From a bacterium (GTDB taxonomy: Bacteria > JAJRZV01), in assembly GCA_024275095.1 (NCBI GenBank), contig JAJRZV010000093.1, forward strand, positions 1-40,660: a stretch of 40,660 bases of DNA, read 5' to 3'. Positions 19,073 through 28,593 of the stretch are shown in pieces. The notes beneath the pieces are model-generated. The model saw nothing but the letters and a program-made list of their open reading frames with translations. It did no database searches and was not told the origin of the DNA. The stretch's first letter is position 1; each line of letters begins with the position of its first letter. The translations under genes were made by a program, and so were the position numbers.

Positions 19073-19098
19073 ATAATGAATGATAGTTCATTCATTAT
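19073..19098. promoter_or_regulatory. FadR-type (TetR) operator
   Basis: Perfect 11-bp inverted repeat ATAATGAATGA-TAGT-TCATTCATTAT just upstream of the TetR gene. Confidence 0.8.
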
Positions 19099-19121
19099 AT
19101 ATAATAAGGAAGAGGTGAAAT

Positions 19122-19727
19122 ATGGCACGACACGTTGACAGAGACGCAAAGAAACGGCGGATACTTGATGCTGCTGCAAGGGTATTCGCCAGGAAAGGGT
19201 TTTATAACACACGGATATCAGAAATTGCCGAGGCTGCAGGTGTTGCTGACGGCACCATTTACATTTATTTCGAAGGCAAGGATGAACTTCTTATCAACAT
19301 TTTCGAGGAGCAGATGGAGTTCATTATCAAACGGTTCCGTGAAAAACTCGCAACCACCCATGATCCTGAAGAACGCATGAAAGTGTTCGTGGAGGAGCAT
19401 TTTAAACTTGCAGAAGAGTTTCCTGATCACGCAGGTGTTATTACCATCGAACTCAGGCAATCCAACAAATTCATGAAAGAGTACAGAAACGAGAAGTTCA
19501 AGGAATATTTGAGCCTTATTGAAGACATTATTGAATACGGCAAGCTGCGCGGGCGTATCCCGAAGGACCTCAACACTGTTTTTACTGCCAGGGCGGTTTT
19601 CGGGCTTCTGGATGAATTGACGCTTATGTGGTCCCTGGCGAAATCAAGACCTTCAATTGATGAGCTTGTCAGTTCTGCATGGGGGTTGATATCCCGGGGG
19701 CTTTTCGGCCATGAAGAGGCTTCCTGA
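19122..19727 (+). CDS. TetR family regulator, Bacillus FadR (YsiA)-like
   Basis: ILDAAARVFARKGF..IAEAAGVADGTIYIYFEGKDELLI; IELRQSN motif; upstream of etfBA. Confidence 0.88.
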   Translation: MARHVDRDAKKRRILDAAARVFARKGFYNTRISEIAEAAGVADGTIYIYFEGKDELLINIFEEQMEFIIKRFREKLATTHDPEERMKVFVEEHFKLAEEFPDHAGVITIELRQSNKFMKEYRNEKFKEYLSLIEDIIEYGKLRGRIPKDLNTVFTARAVFGLLDELTLMWSLAKSRPSIDELVSSAWGLISRGLFGHEEAS

Positions 19728-19817
19728 GCCCATGGCGCACCGTGTCAAAAAACCTTGACGGTAGCATGGCCTGCTGATTAACCTTTAAACCCGAAAAACA
19801 TACTAAGGAGGAGGGTG

Positions 19818-20573
19818 ATGAAGATACTGGTGACCGTGAAGCGCGTTCCTGACCCCGATATGAAGGTCAGGGTCAACGCGGAAGGCACGGGGATCGTGGA
19901 GGACAACATGAAGTTTGTCATCAACCCCTTTGATGAAATTGCCGTGGAAGAGGGGTTGAGGATCAAGGAGAAAAAAGGCGAAGGGGAGGTCGTGATAGTG
20001 GCGATTGGTCCATCGGTGGTTCAGGAGCAGATTCGTGCTGCTCTTGCCATGGGGGCTGACAGAGGAATTCACGTGGATGTGGACTCGTATCCGGATCCTC
20101 TAAACACAGCAAAGTTGCTCAAAGCTGTTGCAGAGAAAGAAGCTCCCAACATCGTGATCATGGGCAAGCAGGCTGTGGACGATGACTACGGTCAGGCGGG
20201 ACAAATGCTCGCTGCCATGCTCGGATGGGCTCAGGCGACATTTGCATATAAGGTGGAAATTGCCGATGACAATTCCAAAGCCACTGTCACAAGGGAGGTT
20301 GATGGTGGACTGGAGACCATAGAGATTGATCTCCCCGCTGTGGTCACTGCTGATTTGCGCCTCAACGAACCCCGTTATGCAAGCCTTCCCGGAATTATGA
20401 AGGCGAAGACAAAGCCCATGGACGTATTCAAACCAGCAGATCTGGGAGTGGAACTCAGTCCGGTGCTTGAGCTGGTTCGCATGGAAGAGCCGCCTCCGCG
20501 TAAAGGTGGCATCATTGTCGAGACGGTGGATGAACTCCTTGACAAGCTGCGCAACGAAGCCAAGGTCATTTGA
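19818..20573 (+). CDS. etfB: Electron transfer flavoprotein beta subunit
   Basis: KILVTVKRVPD, INPFDEIAVEE, ALAMGAD, GKQAVDDD, LNEPRYASLPGIMKAK; SD AAGGAGG. Confidence 0.96.
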   Translation: MKILVTVKRVPDPDMKVRVNAEGTGIVEDNMKFVINPFDEIAVEEGLRIKEKKGEGEVVIVAIGPSVVQEQIRAALAMGADRGIHVDVDSYPDPLNTAKLLKAVAEKEAPNIVIMGKQAVDDDYGQAGQMLAAMLGWAQATFAYKVEIADDNSKATVTREVDGGLETIEIDLPAVVTADLRLNEPRYASLPGIMKAKTKPMDVFKPADLGVELSPVLELVRMEEPPPRKGGIIVETVDELLDKLRNEAKVI

Positions 20574-20584
20574 GGAGGGATGTC

Positions 20585-21568
20585 ATGAATGTGCTGATTG
20601 TGGCAGAAGTGTTTAAAGGAGCGGTGAGAAAGGCGTCTTTTTCAGCCATCACCGCAGGTAAGGAACTGGCAGAAAAGTCCGGAGGCTCTTTTTCCATTCT
20701 CATAATGGGCAAAGGCATTGAAGGCCCCGCAGGAGAACTTGGAAAGTTCGGTGCTGCCTCTGTTCTTGTGGCGGACAGTGATGCTCTGGAGCACTATCTC
20801 GCGGAACCCTATGCACAGGTTGTGGCGAAGGTGGTTCAGGATAAGGGGTTTGATGCGGTGCTTGCAGCAGCAAATACCTTCGGAAAAGACCTCCTCCCAC
20901 GGGTGGCCGCCAAGTTAAACGCAGGGATGATCAGCGATATTACCGAGGTCGTTGAAGCCGGTGATGAGCCGGTGTTTCGACGGCCCATGTACGCGGGAAG
21001 CGTTAATGCCACGGTTAAAGTGAAAACAAAACCTTTTGTTGCCTCTGTGCGGGGTACAGCATTTGCCAAGGCGGAACCGGGAGATGGAGACTCTCCCAAG
21101 GAAAGCGTGACCGTGGAAATCGACGGATCGCTCGCGGGTAAGCAGAGATTTGTGAAGTTCGATGAAGCTGTATCCGAGCGTCCGGAACTCACGGAAGCTG
21201 AAATTGTTGTTTCGGGCGGTCGCGGGGTTAAAAGCAAAGAGAACTTCAAACTCATCGAAGATCTGGCAGACGTGCTCGGTGCTGCTGTGGGTGCCTCACG
21301 TGCGGCAGTGGATTCCGGTTTTTGTCCCAATGACTGGCAGGTGGGTCAAACGGGTAAAATCGTGGCCCCAAATCTGTATTTTGCCATCGGTATTTCTGGT
21401 GCCATTCAGCATGTGGCAGGCATGAAAGACTCCAAGGTCATTGTTGCCATTAATAAAGATGAAGAGGCCCCCATCTTCCAGATCGCCGACTACGGCATAG
21501 TCGCAGACCTGTTCAAGGTGGTACCAGAGTTAATAGAGAAACTGAAGAAACTGAAAGCAGAAGGCTGA
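20585..21568 (+). CDS. etfA: Electron transfer flavoprotein alpha subunit
   Basis: [46 protein letters not shown]. Confidence 0.96.
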   Translation: MNVLIVAEVFKGAVRKASFSAITAGKELAEKSGGSFSILIMGKGIEGPAGELGKFGAASVLVADSDALEHYLAEPYAQVVAKVVQDKGFDAVLAAANTFGKDLLPRVAAKLNAGMISDITEVVEAGDEPVFRRPMYAGSVNATVKVKTKPFVASVRGTAFAKAEPGDGDSPKESVTVEIDGSLAGKQRFVKFDEAVSERPELTEAEIVVSGGRGVKSKENFKLIEDLADVLGAAVGASRAAVDSGFCPNDWQVGQTGKIVAPNLYFAIGISGAIQHVAGMKDSKVIVAINKDEEAPIFQIADYGIVADLFKVVPELIEKLKKLKAEG

Positions 21569-21599
21569 ATTACTTTTCTGAGCCGTGGTAAAACTCGGG

Positions 21600-21635
21600 A
21601 AGGGGCACCTGAGAAAAGGTGCCCCTTTTTTATTT
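21600..21635 (+). terminator. Rho-independent terminator between convergent etfA and fsa
   Basis: AAGGGGCACCT-GAGAAA-AGGTGCCCCTT followed by a T tract. Confidence 0.85.
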
Positions 21636-21636
21636 A

Positions 21637-22281
21637 TCAAACGTGAAGTTTTTCCCAGTCTTTGAGGAATCGTTCAAGCCCGATGTCCGTGAGAGGATGA
21701 TTGAAAAACTGGTCAAATATTTTGTAAGGGACTGTCACAATGTGCGCTCCTGAAAGTGCTGCCTGTAGTACGTGCAAGGGATGGCGTGCGCTTGCGACGA
21801 TAATCTGAGTCGAAAAGTTGTAATTTCGAAATATCTCAACAATGGTTTTTACAAGCAACATACCATCATGGCCGATGTCGTCAAGACGTCCCACAAAAGG
21901 ACTGACGTACGTCGCTCCCGCCTTGGCAGCAGCTAACGCCTGGAGCGGGTTGAATATCAATGTACAGTTGGTTTTGACCCCTTTCCCCGAGAGCTCTTTA
22001 ATGGCGCGTATTCCCTCACGCGTCATGGGGATTTTCACGACAATGTGTTCGCTGATCCCCGAAAGCTCCATGGCTTCGCGTATCATCCCTTCAGTTTCGG
22101 TACTGATGACTTCAGCGCTGACCGGTCGCTGTACAATATCGCAAATTTCTTTTATGAGATCCCTGAAGTCCCTTCCTTCTTTGGCTACCAGCGAGGGATT
22201 GGTGGTGACACCGTCTATAATACCCGTTTCGGCTGCTTTGCGGATTTCGTCAAGATTGGCAGTGTCGAGAAATATCTTCAT
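21637..22281 (-). CDS. fsa: Transaldolase / fructose-6-phosphate aldolase family protein
   Basis: [51 protein letters not shown] upstream. Confidence 0.93.
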   Translation of the reverse strand: MKIFLDTANLDEIRKAAETGIIDGVTTNPSLVAKEGRDFRDLIKEICDIVQRPVSAEVISTETEGMIREAMELSGISEHIVVKIPMTREGIRAIKELSGKGVKTNCTLIFNPLQALAAAKAGATYVSPFVGRLDDIGHDGMLLVKTIVEIFRNYNFSTQIIVASARHPLHVLQAALSGAHIVTVPYKIFDQFFNHPLTDIGLERFLKDWEKLHV

Positions 22282-22295
22282 TTTTTCCTCCTGCT

Positions 22296-22910
22296 TCAAA
22301 AAGCATAACCTGCACCTAAGTAAAGAGCATCCTGATCGAAGTTATGCATTTCCGCCGTGAGAAATAGGTTGGGATTGACGAAGTAATCGAGTCCCAAGGT
22401 GATACCCACCGGAATTCGGGTTACAGCGTTCCCATCTATGATCAACTCAGAATATTTCACACCACCGAAGACAAATGCATGGGAAATTTTGAAGGAGAGG
22501 TAACCGCCGGCATTAATTTCAATAACGTCGTAGGCTCTCACGCGGTTATAGACTGCATTTGTGAAGAGCATGATCTGGGCTTGAGAGTCCGCCGGAAGGA
22601 GTGCAAATTTGAGGCCTCCGCCTGAGGCAAAACCCAGTGGAGTGTCTTCGCCTCTCCAGTGAAGGTCAGCCACCCCTGCCAGCAAATTCACCTGAACCCT
22701 GTTTAACTGAAGGTCCAGCTGTGGATACAACCGGAAAGATACATAGGTTTTTTTATCTTCTGTGGGCCTGATGACGATTCCTGTGAATATTCCGAGAGTA
22801 AGATAACGTGCTTCACCTGTTGTGGAGAGACCACCTCCACGAAACGCCTGAGAAGGAGTAACACATACGAAAAGAGCACAGGAGACAACAATGACGATAC
22901 CCCACCGCAT
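22296..22910 (-). CDS. Small outer-membrane beta-barrel protein
   Basis: Signal peptide ending PSQA, amphipathic strands, C-terminal ..YLGAGYAF. Confidence 0.7.
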   Translation of the reverse strand: MRWGIVIVVSCALFVCVTPSQAFRGGGLSTTGEARYLTLGIFTGIVIRPTEDKKTYVSFRLYPQLDLQLNRVQVNLLAGVADLHWRGEDTPLGFASGGGLKFALLPADSQAQIMLFTNAVYNRVRAYDVIEINAGGYLSFKISHAFVFGGVKYSELIIDGNAVTRIPVGITLGLDYFVNPNLFLTAEMHNFDQDALYLGAGYAF

Positions 22911-22964
22911 TCAGCTCATTACCATAGCATAAAATTATAGGAATTAATCAAGTCTTTTCTGTCT

Positions 22965-24275
22965 TTATTCAATGATCTCTCCAAAACATTCAATGGCTTT
23001 TTTGAGTTCTGGATGTTCTCGGGCGGCCTGATGAAGAGGCACTCCTTCAAGCACCGCCTGCCAGGCGATTCGCATGCTGCGCGCGCCGATTGCAGGACCG
23101 TCAGGATGCCCGAATACTCCACCACCCGCCAGGTGGAGAAAGTCTACATGACCGAACATACGGTAATTAACAGGAACTTTACCGGCCCACTGTCCCCCGG
23201 AACTGACAGGAAGTGTCTTTTCCAGACCGTGAAAAGTACCGGTGCAGGCCAGAGCATTGGCCAGAACTTCGTCGTCGCTTTCGTAAAGTTTTCCCTGAAT
23301 CGCTCCCACGTGACACTGGTCTGCCCCGGCAATTCGAAAGAGCTTGGTGATTACAGGAAAGGACAGCCCTATGTAAGGACTGCGTGCCCACATGGGTGCA
23401 AAATCGCGGTGGCAGTGGATTGGCACCTCCGTGTGCTCCGCCAGCAGCTGAAGCACGGGTATTCCAGCAGTTGCCGCATTGAGCATTACACAGTTGCCGC
23501 CGTTTTTCACCACGATGTCGTGGAGTTTAAGCACCCTGTCAGGTTTGTCAGTGATATTAAAGGCGTACATTTTCTTTTCACCTGTTTCATCTTCTGCTTT
23601 TTTCATAACGGCAACCAGTTTTTTTACCCGTTCTTCCACTGTGGAATAAGGGGCATCGGCAATGAGTTCGTCATCTTTGAGGAAGTCGAGTCCACCGCGG
23701 AAACCTTCATAGGCCAGCTCTGCAAGCTCATCCACGGATAATCCTACATTGGGTTTTACAATGGCTCCAACAAGCGGTCTTCCTTCTACATTCAAAATCT
23801 TTCGCGTACCGGTTATTCCAAACTTCGGCCCCTGGAAACCCTTTACAAAAGATGCGGGAAAGTCAAGGTCAAGGAGTTTGACAGCATAAAATGCCCCCAT
23901 CTCATACAGGTTGCCGGCGACTGTGGAGAGAAGCATGGCTATGTTGTGGCCGAAGTTTTTCCATGGAAATGCGAGTCTGATGATGCCTGCATTTATAGGC
24001 CCCTCTCCGCTGAATTCCTGCATGGCGGTGGCCGATGGCAGACGAGGGTTCTCCGGCGAGTACGGTAAAGTGAGAACGGAAAGAATTTTTGCACCATGCC
24101 GTTCTCTTAAATCAGAGGTTTCCTTTCCCACTCGTTTCCAGGTGCCCGTGGATTGTTCCGCGGCAAATGCTTCTGCTGCCTGAAACAGGTTGAGAGGGGT
24201 TTCCAGATAGTAAGTGGCAATGACATGATGTTCAACGTCTATGCTTTCCCACAGTCGTGCAAAAGAATCTTTCAT
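22965..24275 (-). CDS. RuBisCO-like protein (form IV, resembling the non-photosynthetic/OiaX group)
   Basis: AEQSTGT, TVAGNLYE, GPKFGI, KPNVGL, DFLKDDE, HCHR, QGKLYE, GGGVFGHPDG; ATGA-coupled to folK. Confidence 0.9.
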   Translation of the reverse strand: MKDSFARLWESIDVEHHVIATYYLETPLNLFQAAEAFAAEQSTGTWKRVGKETSDLRERHGAKILSVLTLPYSPENPRLPSATAMQEFSGEGPINAGIIRLAFPWKNFGHNIAMLLSTVAGNLYEMGAFYAVKLLDLDFPASFVKGFQGPKFGITGTRKILNVEGRPLVGAIVKPNVGLSVDELAELAYEGFRGGLDFLKDDELIADAPYSTVEERVKKLVAVMKKAEDETGEKKMYAFNITDKPDRVLKLHDIVVKNGGNCVMLNAATAGIPVLQLLAEHTEVPIHCHRDFAPMWARSPYIGLSFPVITKLFRIAGADQCHVGAIQGKLYESDDEVLANALACTGTFHGLEKTLPVSSGGQWAGKVPVNYRMFGHVDFLHLAGGGVFGHPDGPAIGARSMRIAWQAVLEGVPLHQAAREHPELKKAIECFGEIIE

Positions 24276-24739
24276 CGGGCGCCCTCCACTTCCTCAAAGA
24301 GTATTTTAACGGTTTTGCCTGTAATAGGGTGTATTTTTTCCGGGCAGATATGAGCAAGCAGGCCGGCTGCATATCGGCGCTGTGTCACAGAAGGGTGAGG
24401 GATGGTGAGCTCGGGAGTTAAAATTACTTTATCCCCGTAAAAGGCAATATCTATATCGATGGGTCGTGGACTTTTGTCACCCTTTTTTGTGCGGCCAAGC
24501 TGTTTTTCTATTTTTTGTGTGAGATAGAGAAGTGCAAGAGGGTGCAGATTTGTTTCACATTCGAGAGCTGCATTGATGAAGGGTGCCTGAGGTGGTGCGT
24601 CCTCGGGCTTTGTTTCAATAAAAGGAGAGATTTTCAAGACGTTAATTCCTTCGTGTTTGAGTTCTGCAATGGCGGATTTGATATTGTTTTCACGGTTACC
24701 CTGGTTGGAACCCAGAAGAATATGTACAGTAATGTTCAT
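24272..24739 (-). CDS. folK: 2-amino-4-hydroxy-6-hydroxymethyldihydropteridine diphosphokinase
   Basis: [34 protein letters not shown]. Confidence 0.92.
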   Translation of the reverse strand: MNITVHILLGSNQGNRENNIKSAIAELKHEGINVLKISPFIETKPEDAPPQAPFINAALECETNLHPLALLYLTQKIEKQLGRTKKGDKSPRPIDIDIAFYGDKVILTPELTIPHPSVTQRRYAAGLLAHICPEKIHPITGKTVKILFEEVEGAR

Positions 24740-25905
24740 GGACGAAGCTCAGCTATTCGCCTGGCAGCTTCTTCAAGACGCTTCTCTGGAGCAGTGAGGG
24801 AGAAACGAACGTACCCTTCACCGGAAGGGCCGAATCCTATGCCTGGTGTGCACACAACACCTTCTTCAAGCAGTCTTTATGCAAATGACATTGAAGAAAA
24901 CCCCTCGGGCACCTTTGCCCACACGTAAAAAGTATACCGGGAGGGATACACTTCAATACCTGCTTTATTCAGTGCGTTTACCAGCACGTCCCTGCGTCGT
25001 CTGTAAATCTCTCGCATGCCCGGAACAAAGTCATCGTAGCCTCTCAGTGCTTCTACGGCTGCCTCCTGTATGGCAGTAAAAGCTCCCGAGTCAATGTTGG
25101 TTTTTACCTTGCCCAGAGCCGCGATGATTTCTGCATTGCCAGCGGCGAATGCAATGCGCCAGCCTGTCATGTTAAAGGTTTTGGAAAAGGAGTGCATTTC
25201 AATGGCCATTTCCCGGGCTCCAGAAATCTGCAGAATGCTTATTGGCGCGTCTTCTCCGGTGTAGATTTCTGAATACGCTGCATCGTGGACGACTATGATT
25301 CCGTGTTTGGAAGCGAACTCTATCGCCTTTTCAAAGAACTCTTTTGAGGCTCCTGCAGATGTGGGATTGTTGGGGTAGTTAAGGAACATGAGTTTCGCGT
25401 TTTGGGCGACATTTGAAGGTATGGAAGCAAAGTCAGGTGTGAAATTTTTTTCTTCTTTGAGAGGCATCCAATGTACATTCCCCCCGGCAAAGGTTACCGA
25501 CGTTGCATATACGGGATAAGATGGCTCGGGTACAAGCGCTGTGTCGCCAGGGTTGATGAATGCCAGCGGGAAATGTGCAATGCCCTCTTTTGAACCGATA
25601 AGTGCAATAATCTCTTTTTCCGGATCAAGGTCCACATGGAAGCGCTTTTTCATCCAGGCCGCACAGGCTTTTCTGAAATCCAGAGAACCGAGGTAAGACG
25701 GGTACACCTGATTTTCCGGTTTTTCAACAGCCCTTTTCATTGCTTCTACGATATAAGAAGGGGTGGGGATATCAGGGTCTCCCACACCGAGTGAGATGAC
25801 ATCAACTCCCCTTGCGCGCACTTCTGCAACCTTCCGGTCAAGGTCCGCAAAAAGGTAAGGCGGCAATTCGCGGATGCGACGTGCTGTTTTATCCTTTATC
25901 TGCAT
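24736..25905 (-). pseudogene. dapL: LL-diaminopimelate aminotransferase (class I/II PLP enzyme), interrupted by in-frame TAA at 24879-24877 (pseudogene or sequence error)
   Basis: LPPYLFA, LGVGDPD, LIGSKEGIAH, NYPNNPT, HDAAYSE, SFSKTFNMTGWR, KTNIDSG; after TAA the same frame gives [35 protein letters not shown] and ends in an ATGA overlap with folK. Confidence 0.8.
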
Positions 25906-25989
25906 GGGCAGTAAACATACAGGAAATGGTGATTTCTTTTCAAGTGAAACCTTGCTTGTACACCACACCTCTGGTAACTTTTTCTGGCC

Positions 25990-27132
25990 ATGAAGGTGAT
26001 ATTCATATCCGGCAAGGGCGGCGTAGGTAAATCCACTGTTGCGTGTGTTACCGCCTTGAAGGCGGCAGAGAGCGGAGCACGTACGCTTCTCGTGAGTACT
26101 GACCAGGTACACAGTCTCAGTGATATATTCGGCAGACGTATCGGGCCGGAGATGCGCCAGGTTGCTCCAGGATTGGAGGCTATTGAGGTGGATGCGACAC
26201 GGGCATTAAGAGAATACTTTGCTGGGGTGATAGATTACACGCGTGATGCACTTGAAGAGGCGGGACTTTCTCAGACTGATGCTGACGAAGTGGCAGTGTT
26301 TCCTGGAGCTGCGGAACTCGCCTGTATGATGAAGGTTTACCACTACTATCTTACACACAGTGCCGATGTCATGGTTGTGGATACGGCGTCTTCATCTGAG
26401 ACAGTGAAATTGTTGAAAATCCCCGGCGTGATGAAAGTATTTCTCAGCAGGTTGCGTGCGTCGAGCAGCACGCTTTTTGATCGTTTCGCGTCGGTCGTAG
26501 AGAAAATCTTTTCGGTGCACCTTCCTCGTTCTCAATTACTCGAAAGGATGCTTCAAATTGCAGAAGACCTTGAAGCAGCTCGTGATGTGTTTGTTGATCC
26601 GGACATCACTCGCTTCCGCGTCGTGTGTACGCCTGAAAGGGTGGTGCTCAGAGAAACGGAACGCTTTGCTTCTTATATATCCATCCTGGGTTTTCCTGTT
26701 GAGGCGATTATTGTTAACAGGGTGAAAGCAGGGGATTCGAGGCGAATAGGCGAAATAAAGAATAAGTTTCAGCCTTTACAGGTGTTTGTTATCTCGCAGA
26801 GGGAAACAGAACCGTGTGGAATGAAACACCTGGCCGACTTTACCAAGAAGGAGCGCGAAATGCCCGGTGCGGATTTTCTTGAGACGTACTGGAACATTGT
26901 GTGCGAAGCGACTCCGGAGGGTTATGTTTTGAAAATTCCTGCTCGAGGTTTGAGAAAGGAAGATCTTGAAATTTATGCTGATTTTGACAGCCTTTTCATA
27001 CGAGCCAGGGAAGTATCACGGGAAATTCTTCTTCCTCAGATCTTGATCGGGGCACGGGTGAAACGAGCTGCTTTGAAAGATCATCAACTTCTGATATATT
27101 TTGAACATTCGGGTTCAGACGATGGCCATTGA
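25990..27132 (+). CDS. ArsA/Get3 family ATPase with a C-terminal alpha-crystallin-like domain (Get3d-like)
   Basis: SGKGGVGKST, VSTDQVHSLSD, VFPGAAEL, VLRETER; C-terminal YVLKIP..LFIR..REILLP..A.LKDHQLLIYF. Confidence 0.82.
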   Translation: MKVIFISGKGGVGKSTVACVTALKAAESGARTLLVSTDQVHSLSDIFGRRIGPEMRQVAPGLEAIEVDATRALREYFAGVIDYTRDALEEAGLSQTDADEVAVFPGAAELACMMKVYHYYLTHSADVMVVDTASSSETVKLLKIPGVMKVFLSRLRASSSTLFDRFASVVEKIFSVHLPRSQLLERMLQIAEDLEAARDVFVDPDITRFRVVCTPERVVLRETERFASYISILGFPVEAIIVNRVKAGDSRRIGEIKNKFQPLQVFVISQRETEPCGMKHLADFTKKEREMPGADFLETYWNIVCEATPEGYVLKIPARGLRKEDLEIYADFDSLFIRAREVSREILLPQILIGARVKRAALKDHQLLIYFEHSGSDDGH

Positions 27133-27544
27133 AAATGAAAATTTAAAGAAAGCAAAGGAACATTTTCTCACCAGCCAGCAGGAATTCTTGTTAAGCCTTC
27201 TGTATATGTGCAGATATGTGAAAGACTATTTTCACAGCAATGGCAGGGGCCAGTCTCCTATTGCATACCTTGCAGATGCTGGTGAAATGGTGATTAATTC
27301 CATCCTTCTTTTAATTCCTTTCGATGGCAATGAACACTATGAAAGCCTGAAAGATGATGCTCGCTTGCTTTTAAGCGCCATAGAGAACATACAGCGAGAA
27401 TATGCGCGTTCTGGAGTCCCCTATGAGCCGGGTAGCATGGAGTACCGTATGATGGAACTTCTCAAACGAGTTGCGGAAATGCTGGGAGGAGAAAATTCCC
27501 CAAAAGGTCCTCGTCCAGGTAAAACCCGGGTTGTCATTGAGTAA
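27122..27544 (+). CDS. Hypothetical helical protein
   Basis: 140-aa ORF overlapping the ATPase stop and filling the gap to an AT-rich intergenic region. Confidence 0.65.
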   Translation: MAIENENLKKAKEHFLTSQQEFLLSLLYMCRYVKDYFHSNGRGQSPIAYLADAGEMVINSILLLIPFDGNEHYESLKDDARLLLSAIENIQREYARSGVPYEPGSMEYRMMELLKRVAEMLGGENSPKGPRPGKTRVVIE

Positions 27545-27723
27545 TGCGATTTTTATTGGGTTGAAATTTTATTTTTTTTCGGTAATATTAACGCGTTTTT
27601 GCGATTGTTAAATGTCGAATTTCTTGAAAAATACCTCCAGTATCTGTATGTTCTGTCAATCGGTTGCGAAGCGCTTGCAAGAGTGGGGAGTCGAAAAATT
27701 TACAAAAGGAAGGTAGGCGAGAG

Positions 27724-28593
27724 ATGCCAGCTGGAAAAGTGAAAACATTCCAGGACGTTATACTCGTTTTGCAGAACTTCTGGGCCAGGCGGGGCTGCCT
27801 TATAGCCCAGCCCACCGATGTGGAAGTTGGTGCAGGCACATTTAATCCTCACACGTTTTTCCGCGTACTCGGGAGTGGGCCCTGGCGCGTTGCATACGTG
27901 GAGCCTTCCAGACGGCCTGCTGATGGGCGATACGGAGAGAATCCCAACAGGCTTCAGCATTATTATCAATTCCAGGTTATTATTAAGCCTGCTCCAGAAG
28001 ATGCCCAGCACCTGTATCTCGACAGTCTGCGAGCGCTGGGCATTGAGCTGGAAGAGCATGATGTTCGATTCGTGGAAGATGACTGGGAGTCTCCCACACT
28101 GGGTGCCTGGGGCCTCGGGTGGGAGGTGTGGCTGGACGGGATGGAAATTACGCAATTTACGTATTTTCAACAAATGGGCGGCATGGATCTCAATCCTGTA
28201 TCACTGGAGATTACTTACGGGCTTGAACGGATCGCCATGTATTTGCAAAACGTGGACAATGTTTTTGCTCTTAAATGGAATGAGCGTGTCTTTTACGGGG
28301 ATGTGCACCGTGAAACAGAACGGCAGTTTTCCATTTACAATTTTGACGAGGCAAACGTGTCCATGCTGAGGGAAGTATTCAACATGTATGAAAAGGAAGG
28401 CCTGCAATTGCTTGAAAAGGGTTTGTATTATCCCGCGTATGATTGTTGTATGAAGTGCAGTCATGTCTTCAATCTTTTGCACGCGCGCGGGGCTTTGAGC
28501 GTGAATGAACGCACGGAGTACGTTACTCGGGTAAGAGCTCTCGCCGGAAGATGTGCGAGGATTTATCTCAAGCATAAAGGAGACCTTGAATGA
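27724..28593 (+). CDS. glyQ: Glycine--tRNA ligase alpha subunit
   Basis: [66 protein letters not shown]. Confidence 0.97.
   Translation: MPAGKVKTFQDVILVLQNFWARRGCLIAQPTDVEVGAGTFNPHTFFRVLGSGPWRVAYVEPSRRPADGRYGENPNRLQHYYQFQVIIKPAPEDAQHLYLDSLRALGIELEEHDVRFVEDDWESPTLGAWGLGWEVWLDGMEITQFTYFQQMGGMDLNPVSLEITYGLERIAMYLQNVDNVFALKWNERVFYGDVHRETERQFSIYNFDEANVSMLREVFNMYEKEGLQLLEKGLYYPAYDCCMKCSHVFNLLHARGALSVNERTEYVTRVRALAGRCARIYLKHKGDLE

Noticed and set aside
22965-24275. True RuBisCO / Calvin cycle
   Set aside because: The K177 equivalent is missing, the sequence pattern is form IV, and there is no small subunit or phosphoribulokinase nearby.
25990-27132. Arsenic-resistance ArsA
   Set aside because: Single ATPase domain with an alpha-crystallin-like tail and no arsB/acr3/arsC/arsD/arsR neighbours.
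27545-27723. T-box riboswitch before glyQS
   Set aside because: No T-box consensus (TGGNACCGCG) or terminator; only AT-rich promoter-like sequence.
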